DNA of 64,000 nt from contig JAYTHY010000112.1 of NCBI GenBank assembly GCA_043732185.1, positions 1-64,000 on the forward strand. The letters are read 5' to 3'. This DNA comes from Fibrobacteria bacterium (GTDB lineage Bacteria > Fibrobacterota > Fibrobacteria > UBA11236). Shown one piece after another: positions 30,750 to 41,394 of this stretch. The number at the start of each line of letters is the position of its first letter. Position 1 is the stretch's first letter. Under the pieces are notes generated by a model. The model ran no database searches and had not been told where the DNA came from. It was given only the letters and a program-made list of their open reading frames with translations. Position numbers and translations under genes: made by a program.

Positions 30750-31768
30750 AAGCTTTGGGTAAGGATAAGGCGGAACCGGGAATTGCCATGCTCGACTGGC
30801 CGGAGCCAGAATGCGGTCCCAACGATGTGATTATCCGCATCAAAAAGACAGCCATCTGTGGAACGGATTTACATATCCATAAATGGGACGATTGGGCCCG
30901 AGCCACTATTCCCGTGCCCATGCCGGTAGGCCATGAATTCTTCGGCACCGTGGCGGCTTTAGGGCGTGAAGTGCGCGGTTTATCAGTCGGAGAGCGTGTT
31001 TCCGGCGAAGGGCATATCACCTGCGGGCATTGTCGCAACTGCCGTGCGGGTCGTCGCCACTTGTGCCGCAATACCCAAGGCGTGGGCGTGAATCGGCCCG
31101 GTGCTTTTGCCGAATACCTTTCCTTGCCTGCTGTAAATGTGTTTCCTATTCCCGATGGCGTCTCGGATGAAATTGCCAGCATACTCGACCCATTGGGTAA
31201 CGCCGTGCACTGTGCTTTGTCTTTTGATTTAAGCGGTGAAGACGTATTGATTACGGGAGCGGGTCCCATTGGTTTGATGGCCGCTGCAGTCAGTCGCCAT
31301 GTGGGCGCGCGCAATGTGGTGATCACGGACGTGAATGCATTTCGCTTGAACCTGGGCGCTGCCATGGGCGCAAATCGCTCCGTGGTTGCAGGCCCGGGGG
31401 CTCTGGACAAAACCATGGCGGAAATCAATATGGTGGAAGGTTTTGACGTTGGCTTGGAAATGTCCGGCAATGGCACGGCTTTTATCGATATGTTGGCGCA
31501 TATGAATCATGGTGCCAAGGTGGCTATCCTGGGCATACCTCCCGCCAATACGGCCATTGATTGGGGGCAGGTCATTTTTAAAGGACTGGTATTAAAAGGC
31601 ATCTACGGACGTGAGATGTTCGAGACGTGGTACAAAATGGTCTCGATGCTCCAATCCGGTCTAGACGTAACACCGGTGATAACGCATAGGTTTGCCGCCG
31701 ACGATTTCCAGGAAGCTTTTGATGTGGCCAATTCCGGGAAAGCGGGGAAAGTGATTCTTTCCTGGTAA
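30746..31768 (+). CDS. tdh: L-threonine 3-dehydrogenase
   Basis: [42 protein letters not shown] overlap with kbl. Confidence 0.97.
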   Translation: MKALGKDKAEPGIAMLDWPEPECGPNDVIIRIKKTAICGTDLHIHKWDDWARATIPVPMPVGHEFFGTVAALGREVRGLSVGERVSGEGHITCGHCRNCRAGRRHLCRNTQGVGVNRPGAFAEYLSLPAVNVFPIPDGVSDEIASILDPLGNAVHCALSFDLSGEDVLITGAGPIGLMAAAVSRHVGARNVVITDVNAFRLNLGAAMGANRSVVAGPGALDKTMAEINMVEGFDVGLEMSGNGTAFIDMLAHMNHGAKVAILGIPPANTAIDWGQVIFKGLVLKGIYGREMFETWYKMVSMLQSGLDVTPVITHRFAADDFQEAFDVANSGKAGKVILSW

Positions 31769-31809
31769 TTGGGGAAGCCGAAAATAGCACCAACCTTGGC
31801 GACTCCCTT

Positions 31810-31971
31810 ATGGAGCTGCATGTTTCCGTGGTTAAACTAATTAACGCAATTCAAGGGATGTCGCATACTTTGGAAGATAAAGATAAAATCCTGAATATGT
31901 TGCCTATGTTGGATTTCTACAATGACGATTTGCTGCGCAACATCAATACGATTCGCGGTAAGCAGGACTGA
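31810..31971 (+). CDS. Small 53-aa ORF or 3' gene remnant
   Basis: MELHVSVVKLINAIQGMSHTLEDKDKILNMLPMLDFYNDDLLRNINTIRGKQD; the frame stays open back into the tdh 3' end. Confidence 0.3.
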   Translation: MELHVSVVKLINAIQGMSHTLEDKDKILNMLPMLDFYNDDLLRNINTIRGKQD

Positions 31972-31989
31972 ACCCCTAAATCCGCAGTA

Positions 31990-33294
31990 CTAGCTATTGA
32001 CCAGTATGGGCAGGCTCAATCGGATTTTTTCCATTTTCTGGCCATCCATTTCCATGATTTCAAAAGTGTAATCCCTGAAGCGGATGACTTCGCCTTGTTC
32101 GGGAACTTTTCCATGGACAAAAAGTATGAAACCGCCTAATGTGTCGATTTGAATCTCCGCGTCGTCAGGCTTAAGATTCTGGCCCAATTCCGCATTCAGG
32201 TCGGAGAGGGAAATGATAGGGTCGACCAGAAAAATGCCTTCTTCAATTTTGCGGATACGTGAGGTTTCCGTCTCGTCTTCATCGTGGATTTCCCCTACGA
32301 TTTCTTCCAGGATGTCTTCCAATGTCACCAACCCGGCCGTGCCGCCATATTCATCCACCACCAAGGCCATATGGATATGTTTCTTGCGCAGCTCCCGCAT
32401 GAGTTCGCCAATTTTTTTGGTGCGGGGCACAAAATAAACTTCGCGCAGGAGGTTCGCCAATTGAAAAGCGCTCTGATCGGCATTTTCACTTAGGCTAATC
32501 AGGTCCATTGTATGTAGAATGCCCTGGATCTTGTCCATGCTTTCTTGATATACGGGGATTCGGCTGAACTTTTCAAGCTTGACGACTTCCATCACTTGGC
32601 GAAAACTCGCCCCGATTTCCAGCGCTATCATATCGACGCGCGGCGTCATGATTTCCTTGACTTGCGTTTCACGTAAATCGAAAATGCTTCGAATCATTTC
32701 TTTTTCATCATCCTCAAGTCCGCTGCGATCGGGATTGTCCTCATCTACGGCGGGAGACATTTTCTGAAGATCTGTTTCACCCAAGAAACTCAGGGTAGGA
32801 TCAATTCCCAGTTTTCGCATGGCCATGTCATGCGTTTGAAAAAGGAATTCGCCTATTTTTCCCATCAGGAAAAAGCTGTAAATGTTGTAGACTCGTAAGG
32901 CGATATTGCCTAATGAGGGGGCAAAGGCTTGAGCTAAAATCGGAAATGCCCAATGGGAAATCAAAAAGGTGAGCACTAAGGAAACGAGTCCTAAACCTGC
33001 CAATTGATTGCCAGGCAGAATGCATTGCAAGTAATGCATTCCATTGATTATGGCGATTCCATCCAGAAGAAAGCGACCTAAACTGATGGATTCGAAAAAC
33101 CCTCGTTTGGCCCAAACCTTGGTAGCCTCTGCAACCAGAGCCTGCGTTTTGACGGACTCACTATGTAAGGAATGTTCGCTATTCTGTCTTTGGAAGAAGC
33201 CAAGTACGGTTTTAACCGCGCTGAGAACCCCACTGGCACAGGCAGCTACAAGGAAGTAAAGCAAGGTTTGCAAGAGACTAGAGTTTGATTCCAC
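31990..33294 (-). CDS. HlyC/CorC (CNNM-CBS-CorC) family protein
   Basis: TM N-terminus, VKEIMTPR, SRIPVY, VVDEYGGTAGLVTLEDILEEIVGEI.DE, TLGG. Confidence 0.93.
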   Translation of the reverse strand: MESNSSLLQTLLYFLVAACASGVLSAVKTVLGFFQRQNSEHSLHSESVKTQALVAEATKVWAKRGFFESISLGRFLLDGIAIINGMHYLQCILPGNQLAGLGLVSLVLTFLISHWAFPILAQAFAPSLGNIALRVYNIYSFFLMGKIGEFLFQTHDMAMRKLGIDPTLSFLGETDLQKMSPAVDEDNPDRSGLEDDEKEMIRSIFDLRETQVKEIMTPRVDMIALEIGASFRQVMEVVKLEKFSRIPVYQESMDKIQGILHTMDLISLSENADQSAFQLANLLREVYFVPRTKKIGELMRELRKKHIHMALVVDEYGGTAGLVTLEDILEEIVGEIHDEDETETSRIRKIEEGIFLVDPIISLSDLNAELGQNLKPDDAEIQIDTLGGFILFVHGKVPEQGEVIRFRDYTFEIMEMDGQKMEKIRLSLPILVNS

Positions 33295-33317
33295 GGAATA
33301 TGAAGGCTAAAGGGTGC

Positions 33318-33728
33318 TCATTTTTTCAAACCTAAATATAGGTTCTCCATCAGGCGCATACGTTTGCGATCTTTGACATTCATATGGTCATAACCTGCCA
33401 AATGCAGAGCGCCGTGGACCACCAGCCGCTTTAATTCCGCATAAAACGAGTTTTTCCAGCGAGGGGCCTGGTTTTTGGCCTGTAATGAGGCGATATAGAT
33501 TTCACCTAGAATATCCTCCTCCTCGTAAAGAAAGGAGAGGACATCGGTGACTTTGTCCAGTTTTCGATAGCGGAGGTTCAAATTTCGGACATACTCGTTT
33601 TCACAGAAAACCAGATTAACATGACCTTTCAGCCCTTCGGCCCGCAACACCTTTTCGGCGAGACGGGCCAGATTTTTGGGCCGGGGGATCAAAATAGAAC
33701 CGGCATCTATGCAGGTTGCTTTCAGCAT
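33318..33728 (-). CDS. ybeY: Endoribonuclease YbeY
   Basis: LN..YR..DK.TDVLSF, LGEIYI, HGALHLAGYDH. Confidence 0.95.
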   Translation of the reverse strand: MLKATCIDAGSILIPRPKNLARLAEKVLRAEGLKGHVNLVFCENEYVRNLNLRYRKLDKVTDVLSFLYEEEDILGEIYIASLQAKNQAPRWKNSFYAELKRLVVHGALHLAGYDHMNVKDRKRMRLMENLYLGLKK

Positions 33729-33739
33729 ACAAATCCGAT

Positions 33740-34063
33740 TTAGTCGTCTGAGTCCGAACCTACTTCAGCGGAGGTTTCGTTTTCAGTCCATTTTTTCAGA
33801 ACGTCCATTACTTTCAGGGCTTGCGCGATGGAAGAAATGTTGAACTTGCTTTTGGTTTTATACTCGCCATTGCGTTTTTGATATCTGCGAATGGAAATCT
33901 TTGCCGCTTTGAATTCACCCTTGGTCCTGTCCAGGTCTTGATATTTGAACATGATGGTGGCCCAAGCGCCCTTGGTGAGAATTTCCTTTTCTATTTCCCT
34001 ACAAACTTGCGTGCCATCTTCTTCCGAGAAATTGATGGTGATTTCGTCTACTGTGGTGGCCAT
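33740..34063 (-). CDS. Conserved-looking hypothetical protein, possibly nucleic-acid binding
   Basis: Compact globular ORF co-oriented with ybeY; KGAWATIMF and ISIRRYQKRNGEY..KSKFNIS segments. Confidence 0.75.
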   Translation of the reverse strand: MATTVDEITINFSEEDGTQVCREIEKEILTKGAWATIMFKYQDLDRTKGEFKAAKISIRRYQKRNGEYKTKSKFNISSIAQALKVMDVLKKWTENETSAEVGSDSDD

Positions 34064-34156
34064 AATCCCTTTCAAGGTCATTGCTATTCTAAGGTGGTTA
34101 ATAATAGCCCAAGATTCGAAACCTGTAAGGGTGCCTGAAATGCTAATTTTCGGCCT

Positions 34157-35284
34157 ATGCCCGCTATGTCGTTCCCTTCGGATCCTGGTTTTGAATCGCG
34201 ATTTCCCCAGTTACTGGAAAAGCTGCGGTTGGGCGAACGCCTGACCGAGGCGGATGGACTTGTCCTGTATCAGAAAGCCCCCTTGCCTTGGCTAAAAACG
34301 CAGGCCGATGCGGTTCGCAAACGGCTGCACGGGGAGAATGCCTATTACAATCGCAATATCCATTTTGAGCCCACCAATATTTGTGTATATGCATGCAAGT
34401 TTTGTGCCTTTTATCGACCGCCCAAGGCTGGAGTGGCCGAAGGGGCTTGGGAATACAGCTTGGCGGATTTACAGGCTAAACTGGATGTGTATCCCAAAGG
34501 AACACTGACAGAAATCCATATCACCGGTGGGGTGCATCCGGAACGCGGAGTGGAATATGGGGAAGCGCTATGTGCTTTTGTGAAATCCCAACGACCGGAA
34601 ATCCATATCAAGGCATTTACCGCCGTGGAAATCACTTTTTTCGCCCGTAAGAGTGGCATCTCGTTGACGCAAGCCTTAGAGAGGCTCAAGCTGGCAGGCC
34701 TTGGCTCATTGCCCGGTGGGGGAGCGGAAATTTTCGATCCGGAGGTGCGCAAACGCATCGCTGGAGGTAAGGCACCGGCGCATACCTGGCTGGAGGTTCA
34801 CGAAGCCGCCCACGGAATAGGCCTCATGTCCAACGCTACCATGCTTTATGGTCATGTTGAGGAATACCGACATCGCCTTGACCATATGTCCCGCCTACGC
34901 GATTTGCAGGATCGCACGGGAGGCTTCAAATCCTTTATTCCCTTACGCTATCGCAATGAGTCCAACGCCTTAAGCCATATTCCCGAAGTGTCGCCGGAAG
35001 AGGATTTGCGCAATTTTGCCGTGGCCCGGCTATTCTTGGACAATATTCCGCATCTTAAAGCCTACTGGGTTATGCTGGGATTGGACCAGGCGGCGCTTGC
35101 TCTCCATTATGGCGTGGACGATTTGGACGGTACCGTAGATGATACCACCCGTATCTATTCCATGGCCGGTGGCATTGCGCATCCGGCAGTCACGTCCGAA
35201 GAATTAAAGGCGCGAATTCGCGCACAGGGACGGATGCCGGTAGAAAGAGATTCCGAATATCGGATGTTGGGCAGCGCTCCTTGA
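34157..35284 (+). CDS. mqnE: Radical SAM CofH/MqnE family, probably aminofutalosine synthase
   Basis: TNICVYACKFCAF, HIKAFTAVEI, PGGGAEIF, NATMLYGH.E, LDNIPH.KAYW. Confidence 0.85.
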   Translation: MPAMSFPSDPGFESRFPQLLEKLRLGERLTEADGLVLYQKAPLPWLKTQADAVRKRLHGENAYYNRNIHFEPTNICVYACKFCAFYRPPKAGVAEGAWEYSLADLQAKLDVYPKGTLTEIHITGGVHPERGVEYGEALCAFVKSQRPEIHIKAFTAVEITFFARKSGISLTQALERLKLAGLGSLPGGGAEIFDPEVRKRIAGGKAPAHTWLEVHEAAHGIGLMSNATMLYGHVEEYRHRLDHMSRLRDLQDRTGGFKSFIPLRYRNESNALSHIPEVSPEEDLRNFAVARLFLDNIPHLKAYWVMLGLDQAALALHYGVDDLDGTVDDTTRIYSMAGGIAHPAVTSEELKARIRAQGRMPVERDSEYRMLGSAP

Positions 35285-35329
35285 TGCCGCTACGGAATCT
35301 TTCACGCATGTGAAACGAACGAATTCTCC

Positions 35330-36037
35330 TCAGGAATAACGATCATCGAACCATGGCTCGGCCGTATTGGAATAGCCGCGCAATTCCCAAAAACCCAGTA
35401 AATCTTGGGGCAAAAACAGGATTTCTTTGATCCATTTGGCGCCTTTCCAGGCCCATTTTCTGGGGGTGATCATACGTACGGGTCCGCCGTGGTCTTTGGG
35501 CAAGTCGATACCTTCCCAGCTGTGAACCAGCAAAACATCGTCATCGAGGCATTCGCTGAAAGTCAGATTGGTGGAATAGCCGTCATAGGCTTTTACATGC
35601 ACATGGGTGACATCGGTTTTAGGGCAAACCAATTCCGCAAGTGTGCGGAAGCGAACGCCTTTCCAATGGTTGTCCATTCGACTCCAAGAAGTAACACAGT
35701 GGAAGTCCGAGATATCCTCAACTTGGGGCAGAGCCATAAAGGATTGCCAATCGAGGACGGTGGGCTTTTCCACATTGCCTTTAAGCGTCAGTTGCCAAAG
35801 GTCCTTGGGCATGTCCGGCTGTACACCCAAATCCAGTACCGGCCAGTTTTTGACTTCATGTTGACCGGGAGGCAATTGCGGCATCCCGTGGCGATTGGGA
35901 GAACCGCTGCCCTGCACCTCACCCTCAGCGGCGCGGCCTCCGGATAGCAGGCCTTTTTGGGCTCGACGCATCTTGCCCCGAATCAAGGCTTCGTTGTAAG
36001 TGCCTTCTGGTAATTTAGGTTGATTGTCTTCTGACAT
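35330..36037 (-). CDS. Sulfite oxidase-like molybdopterin-binding oxidoreductase
   Basis: LPPGQ...WPVLD, DFHCVT.WS, HGGPVR, WKGAKW, GFWE.RGY; GGAGG SD before MSED. Confidence 0.9.
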   Translation of the reverse strand: MSEDNQPKLPEGTYNEALIRGKMRRAQKGLLSGGRAAEGEVQGSGSPNRHGMPQLPPGQHEVKNWPVLDLGVQPDMPKDLWQLTLKGNVEKPTVLDWQSFMALPQVEDISDFHCVTSWSRMDNHWKGVRFRTLAELVCPKTDVTHVHVKAYDGYSTNLTFSECLDDDVLLVHSWEGIDLPKDHGGPVRMITPRKWAWKGAKWIKEILFLPQDLLGFWELRGYSNTAEPWFDDRYS

Positions 36038-36135
36038 AGTGCCTCCCGTCTTGGGGAGATAAAGTAGCAAAGCTCTTTAGGCCGCAAAGCTTTTGCTGTG
36101 GTTGTATCTTTAATGCCTGAACATGGAATATCCAA

Positions 36136-38217
36136 ATGACTGCCGATAGCCAAAGCCCAAAAACTGGAAAGTTTGCCGCCGTTTCCGCTACAGGCGTTTT
36201 TAGGGAAGCCGGTACTTTTGCCAATCCTGCTTTGGCGTTTTTGTTTTCCGTCTGGGTAACGCATGCGATACTGCGTGTTTTTCTCATCTTCCGTAGGGAT
36301 GCCTTTGGTTCCCCTTTTGTAGGCAAACCGGACTGGTATATTTTTCATGCCTTTGCCATTGACGCATGGTGGATAGCCCTATGGTCGCTGCCAATATTGA
36401 TCCTGCTACTGCTTTGTGGCGTAGCCCATTGGCCAAAGGCCGCACGCAGACTTTTCTGGCTTTTAGGTGGACTGCATTCCGTACTCCTTCTCTGCACCGT
36501 TGCGGATCATGAGACGATGCGCTTCATGGGCATGCACCTGGATCTGTCCTCAATTTCCACCTATGGCAATACCGCCGCCATTCGCGAGGTCTTTACTTTT
36601 GTCGCTGCGGATAAAAGCGTGCCGTACCTTTCCCTGGGTATTTTTATAGCCTGTGTGCCCATTGCCTGGATCTTTTATTTTGCATTTTTCCGGAAAAGAT
36701 CCTGGGTCCTACGTCCCGGATTGGCACCAAGTGCCTGGCTTGGAACTGTGGCCGGGGTCGCGGCAGCGTATGTTTTTCTCAATATCATTTGGACCGGTGG
36801 CTTCCGGATGCTTAAATTGCGGCCGTTTGTTTCTACGGTAATGATAAGCCTGGCTAACCATAAAAGCGCGCAGCTGGCAGCCGTGGATGTATCCCAATTG
36901 GGAAAAACTTTTCAAAAACAATGGCAGTTGGAACAGGGGGACAGTACTTTTATTTTTCCCGATTCGACGTATCCCTTTTATAAAGTGCCGATAGGTCACG
37001 GCTCTTCTATCGGCGTGGCCCCAAACGGAAGACCTCCCAATATTGTGATGCTGATTTTGGAATCGCATCGCGGCGTCAATTGCGGTTACCTTAAACCATA
37101 TGGGGCCTTTGCCGATGCCACTCCAGTGATGGACAGTCTCGCTGCTGGACATGCGCATGCTTGGACTCGTTTTGCCTGTTCGGGCATTCCCACCATCAAT
37201 GCCTTGATGAGCATTCACCTGTCCATACTTTCCCATCCAACGCGCATTATCGCGAGCGATTTTACCACGTTACATCATAATGCCTTTACTGCCGTTTTGG
37301 GCCGCCACGGGTACCGGACCCACTTTTTTAGTGCTGCCGATCCTGCCTGGGATGGGCAAGTTCCTTGGCTGCGCCAATGGTACCAAGGCGTAACCTATGA
37401 TCGAAGTCGGGAAACGGATGATGCGACCCTGCAAAATATGGCACAGTGGATGAAAGACAGTTTAAACGGGGAAAGGCCATTTCTGGTTACCGCCATGACT
37501 AAAACCAATCACTATCCATTTAATCATGAGCCCGGCGTGCGTACGTTGCCTGCGGGAGCATCCCTGCAGGAAAAGATGCTCGCTACCATGGAATATACAG
37601 ACGCCTCGGTGGGCCGCTTTCTGGCTGGCATTAAGCACGAGCCGTGGTTTGACAATACCATTGTGCTCATTCTCGCCGACCACGGATTTCCGCTCTCCGA
37701 ACATGGCTCCTCGAATATTGGTTTTGGACTCTATACAGAATCCGTCTGGATTCCTTTCCTAATGCTCGGACACCACCCCCGCATGGGTGATCCCGAACTG
37801 CATGACTACCCAGCCAGTCAGTTGGATATTGGTCCCACAGTACTGGCCTTAGCCGGCATCCAGGAAGCGAATCATTATCTGGGCCATGACCTTTTCCGTC
37901 GGGCTTCCGGCAAAAACAGTTTGAGCTATTTGATTCGAGGTGAACAGGGGTCACTTGAACAAGGTGCGCGAGAAACCGGTTATTTGAGAATCCACGGCCC
38001 ACTGGGCACCACGCCAAGGGAACAAGGAAATGAGGTGTTCAACACATCAACTGACAAACAGGAACGAAAAAATTTATTCGCAGATCAGGACAAAATCAAC
38101 TTTGATTCCTCGCTGCTCTTTTTACAGACAGTGGCAAAATTGAATACCTATGCCGTGGAAGCCAATGTACTTTGGCCCGATTCCATTCATGAAGCCATGT
38201 CTTCGCGCTTAAAATAA
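36136..38217 (+). CDS. LTA synthase/sulfatase family membrane protein
   Basis: Several N-terminal TM helices; PNIV..ILES, TP..D, NHYPF, YTD, ADHG motifs. Confidence 0.88.
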   Translation: MTADSQSPKTGKFAAVSATGVFREAGTFANPALAFLFSVWVTHAILRVFLIFRRDAFGSPFVGKPDWYIFHAFAIDAWWIALWSLPILILLLLCGVAHWPKAARRLFWLLGGLHSVLLLCTVADHETMRFMGMHLDLSSISTYGNTAAIREVFTFVAADKSVPYLSLGIFIACVPIAWIFYFAFFRKRSWVLRPGLAPSAWLGTVAGVAAAYVFLNIIWTGGFRMLKLRPFVSTVMISLANHKSAQLAAVDVSQLGKTFQKQWQLEQGDSTFIFPDSTYPFYKVPIGHGSSIGVAPNGRPPNIVMLILESHRGVNCGYLKPYGAFADATPVMDSLAAGHAHAWTRFACSGIPTINALMSIHLSILSHPTRIIASDFTTLHHNAFTAVLGRHGYRTHFFSAADPAWDGQVPWLRQWYQGVTYDRSRETDDATLQNMAQWMKDSLNGERPFLVTAMTKTNHYPFNHEPGVRTLPAGASLQEKMLATMEYTDASVGRFLAGIKHEPWFDNTIVLILADHGFPLSEHGSSNIGFGLYTESVWIPFLMLGHHPRMGDPELHDYPASQLDIGPTVLALAGIQEANHYLGHDLFRRASGKNSLSYLIRGEQGSLEQGARETGYLRIHGPLGTTPREQGNEVFNTSTDKQERKNLFADQDKINFDSSLLFLQTVAKLNTYAVEANVLWPDSIHEAMSSRLK

Positions 38218-38348
38218 CCGGGACTTTCCGATAGACGGGTAGCCGGACCCTGTAATCCCAAAAGGAGCCTTTCCTGGCCCCAATAGAGACCTTGAAATTT
38301 CCTTTGACTATGTTAAATTTGACCGCTTCTTGGGGTCACAACCCCTTG

Positions 38349-38424
<76 letters not shown>

Positions 38425-38428
38425 TTTT

Positions 38429-38851
38429 TTAATTTCCCTTTGCCACTTTTCTTTGCAAATTCAAGCTTCGTTTGGCAACCAGCAATCGGGCTTCCAGCAC
38501 CGCAGGGTCCCATACTTTTTCAGCTACATCATCGACACCCGCTTTGATAGCCTCTAGGTGAAGTTGTTTGTCCGCATTTGCAGTGAGTAGCAGAAAATAG
38601 AAGGGACGATTATTCACAATTAATCGTGCTCGTCTGCAAAGTTCGATGCCTTCCATTCCGGGCATCGACCAATCACTGATACAAATATCCGGTGGATTTT
38701 CCGCAAGAACTTTCAATGCGGCTTCCCCGCCCTGTGCTTTGCTTACTCTGCATCCTTGTTTTGTAAGTTCGGCGCTTAACATAGCGAGGTCAACGGGATC
38801 GTCATCCACTAGCAGTATGTTTAACGGTGGTTCCATTGCACTTTCAGACAT
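38429..38851 (-). CDS. Response regulator, receiver domain plus short coiled coil (no output domain)
   Basis: ILLVDDD, ISDWSMPGMEG, LLLTA, GVDD; start MSESA overlaps the upstream RR stop. Confidence 0.85.
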   Translation of the reverse strand: MSESAMEPPLNILLVDDDPVDLAMLSAELTKQGCRVSKAQGGEAALKVLAENPPDICISDWSMPGMEGIELCRRARLIVNNRPFYFLLLTANADKQLHLEAIKAGVDDVAEKVWDPAVLEARLLVAKRSLNLQRKVAKGN

Positions 38852-39293
38852 GCATTTCCGCAACTTTAGGGATACGGACCACTGCAAACCAAAATTCCTT
38901 CATTTGTGAAATCACATATCTAAATTGGTCCATGTCTGGAGGTTTAGTGATAAAGCAGTTGGCTTGCAATCGGTAGGACTCCAATATATCCTTTTCCTGG
39001 TTTGAAGTTGAGAGAATGACTATGGGGATGTGCGTGATCCTCGGCTCGTTTTTTATTTCGGCCAAAACTTCCTTTCCTGATTTCCCAGGTAGATTCAGAT
39101 CCAGCAGAATCAGGTCGGGAAGAATAGCGTCGTGGAACGGAGGCTTACGGCGTAATTTGGATAATGCGGCATCTCCATCGGAGGCAACATCTAATTCCAC
39201 CAACAACTTTGTGGCCGAAAGCGCGGCTCGGGTCAATGCGACATCAGCCAAATTATCCTCAATCATAAGGATACGGATGGGCTCATACTGCAT
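38844..39293 (-). CDS. Single-domain response regulator (Rcp1/phytochrome-associated type)
   Basis: ILMIEDN, PDLILLDLNLP, IPIVILSTS, ANCFITKP, FW. Confidence 0.92.
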   Translation of the reverse strand: MQYEPIRILMIEDNLADVALTRAALSATKLLVELDVASDGDAALSKLRRKPPFHDAILPDLILLDLNLPGKSGKEVLAEIKNEPRITHIPIVILSTSNQEKDILESYRLQANCFITKPPDMDQFRYVISQMKEFWFAVVRIPKVAEMHV

Positions 39294-41394
39294 GGAATAC
39301 CTCTTTCTGAATACTCTTAATTGAATTGGATTGGATTACTTCTGATGGAAATTCTATGTAAACGGCTACGCCTCCAAGGCTGGAGTCTTCCATTTTGATT
39401 TGGCCACGGTGTTGCTCCACAATACGGCGGCACAAAGAAAGGCCGATTCCCGTGCCTTTTATTTCTGATTGATTATGTAATCTCTGAAACATTTGGAAAA
39501 CCTTTTCTCGATACTCCGGTTTAATACCAAGGCCATTATCCTCTATCTGTAGGATCCATTTTTGCTTCGCTTGGTGAGCACTTATACGAACCAAGAGAGG
39601 TTGTGATTTGTTTCGATATTTAATGGAGTTCATCAAGAGATTGTCGAAAAGCTGTGACAGTCTTATCACATTTCCTTTGATGACGGGCAGTCCGGGTAAG
39701 ACCTCCACCTTGCCATCCACCGCGTTCAGATCAGGCTCCAGATTCCGGACATTGCGGGCGAATAGGTCGCCCAGATCAATGGATTGGGCTGCCTGAGGTA
39801 CCTTTTCAACCCTGGATAATTCAAGCACGCCTACTATCAGTTTCTGCATGCGGTCTACGGCTTCCGAAATGAATCTACCATATTCTCTAGATTGGCTGTC
39901 CTTCTGTATTTCCGGATTTTCCAAGAGCAACTTCACGAAACCGGAAATGTGGCGTAGAGGGGTTTGCAAATCATGTGAAGCGATGAAGACGAATTGCTCC
40001 AAGTCTGAATTGCTGCGTTCTAGGTCCTTGGTGAATTCACCCAATTGCAGATTTGCTGTGAAAGCTTCGTTCGCCTTGGCTTCTGCTTTTGCGCTTAAAT
40101 TTAAGGCGAACCAAGTAAAGGCCGCAAGTAATAATCCGGTAATTGTAATGACAAAATAGGCCCTATGGTTCATCGTATTCCTTATATACGCAGCACTTGA
40201 GAGATCAACTATTGCAGTACGGTTTGCAAAAGGAAATGCAGTTTGCGTTATGCCGGTGGGCTCCAGAAAAAATTCGGTAGAAGTAAAGCGAATCGGTTTC
40301 GCGTTTCCCGTTAGGTCGGAAGAATGCGGAAAAAAACACCTTAAATCTAGGCCGAATCCGAAGTCGCCGGACTGTTTTTCATATTGTGCTTCAATTGGAA
40401 CTGGACTGGTGAGCTTACCTTGCATGGGTCGGTTAATGCGTTTGGATTGGATGGTGATCCAAAGTAATTCCGGAAAATCCTTGAAATAATTCAGAATATC
40501 AAGAGTGTCGGGCTTGAAACCATTTTTAGTATTTTGGTTTTCTCTTGCTTCCAACCTTAGCATTGCTTTTTCCGTATTTCTGAATCCCTTTTCGGACATG
40601 GATTGGATCCACGTACCTTCCTGCACCACCTGAGTTGTTACTGATTGTTTCGCATGCATGATAAGGGTGATTGTGACCAAGGCGATCAGGAACCATGCTC
40701 CAGCTAGATATGGCGCCAAATGCCACCGCGCCTTTATTGTATGCTGCGGCTTCTCAACTGGCGTGCCTATTAAAGCCAGGGCTAATAGGAATAAGCATAA
40801 AGCAGAATGAAAAGCAATCCGTGTCATTTGACCCCATCCATACGCCTGTTCAATTCCGAATACATACCCCATCAGCGCTGACGCACTGAGGGAAAGTACG
40901 ATGGGAGGAAGGAATGGGCGGATGCGGCGAATCCAAAGAGGCAAAAGCTGCAATTCTCCAATCAGGATAACGCCGATCAGTAAATGACAAATAACCGTGA
41001 TCATGGACATCCTACCCGGTGAGGATGTTTTTACCAGCACAAAATCCTTTACGAAAAGTTGGTCAATGCCACCTTTAATTCCAAAAGCTGTTTCGGCCAA
41101 TGTCAAAACTGCAACAAGCAATACAAAGAAACCTACCCCGATTCGAATATTCCGGCTGGTTGGAAAGGAAAAAGTACCTATCCAGACAGCGATAGCTTCT
41201 AATGAAACGCAGAGTGCGGCATTGAACTTCATGGAAGCCCAATGGGGATTGATTTGGGTCAAGGTTTGGTTACCCGTGAACCATCCTATGATCGCCAGTA
41301 TACTGATTCCAAAAACAAGTACCGAATTTAACCGGGTCCAATTCCGCATATTGGACTCAAGGAGTGAACCCGATTGGGTTTCTAATCCCGTCAC
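39283..41394 (-). CDS. Multi-pass membrane sensor histidine kinase
   Basis: Many TM helices; H-box ASHDLQTPL, N-box, DNGLGI, FQRLH, GTGIGL. Confidence 0.93.
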   Translation of the reverse strand: MTGLETQSGSLLESNMRNWTRLNSVLVFGISILAIIGWFTGNQTLTQINPHWASMKFNAALCVSLEAIAVWIGTFSFPTSRNIRIGVGFFVLLVAVLTLAETAFGIKGGIDQLFVKDFVLVKTSSPGRMSMITVICHLLIGVILIGELQLLPLWIRRIRPFLPPIVLSLSASALMGYVFGIEQAYGWGQMTRIAFHSALCLFLLALALIGTPVEKPQHTIKARWHLAPYLAGAWFLIALVTITLIMHAKQSVTTQVVQEGTWIQSMSEKGFRNTEKAMLRLEARENQNTKNGFKPDTLDILNYFKDFPELLWITIQSKRINRPMQGKLTSPVPIEAQYEKQSGDFGFGLDLRCFFPHSSDLTGNAKPIRFTSTEFFLEPTGITQTAFPFANRTAIVDLSSAAYIRNTMNHRAYFVITITGLLLAAFTWFALNLSAKAEAKANEAFTANLQLGEFTKDLERSNSDLEQFVFIASHDLQTPLRHISGFVKLLLENPEIQKDSQSREYGRFISEAVDRMQKLIVGVLELSRVEKVPQAAQSIDLGDLFARNVRNLEPDLNAVDGKVEVLPGLPVIKGNVIRLSQLFDNLLMNSIKYRNKSQPLLVRISAHQAKQKWILQIEDNGLGIKPEYREKVFQMFQRLHNQSEIKGTGIGLSLCRRIVEQHRGQIKMEDSSLGGVAVYIEFPSEVIQSNSIKSIQKEVFHAV

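Noticed and set aside
30544..31476. 310-aa minus-strand ORF
   Set aside because: Shadow of the GC-rich kbl-tdh genes
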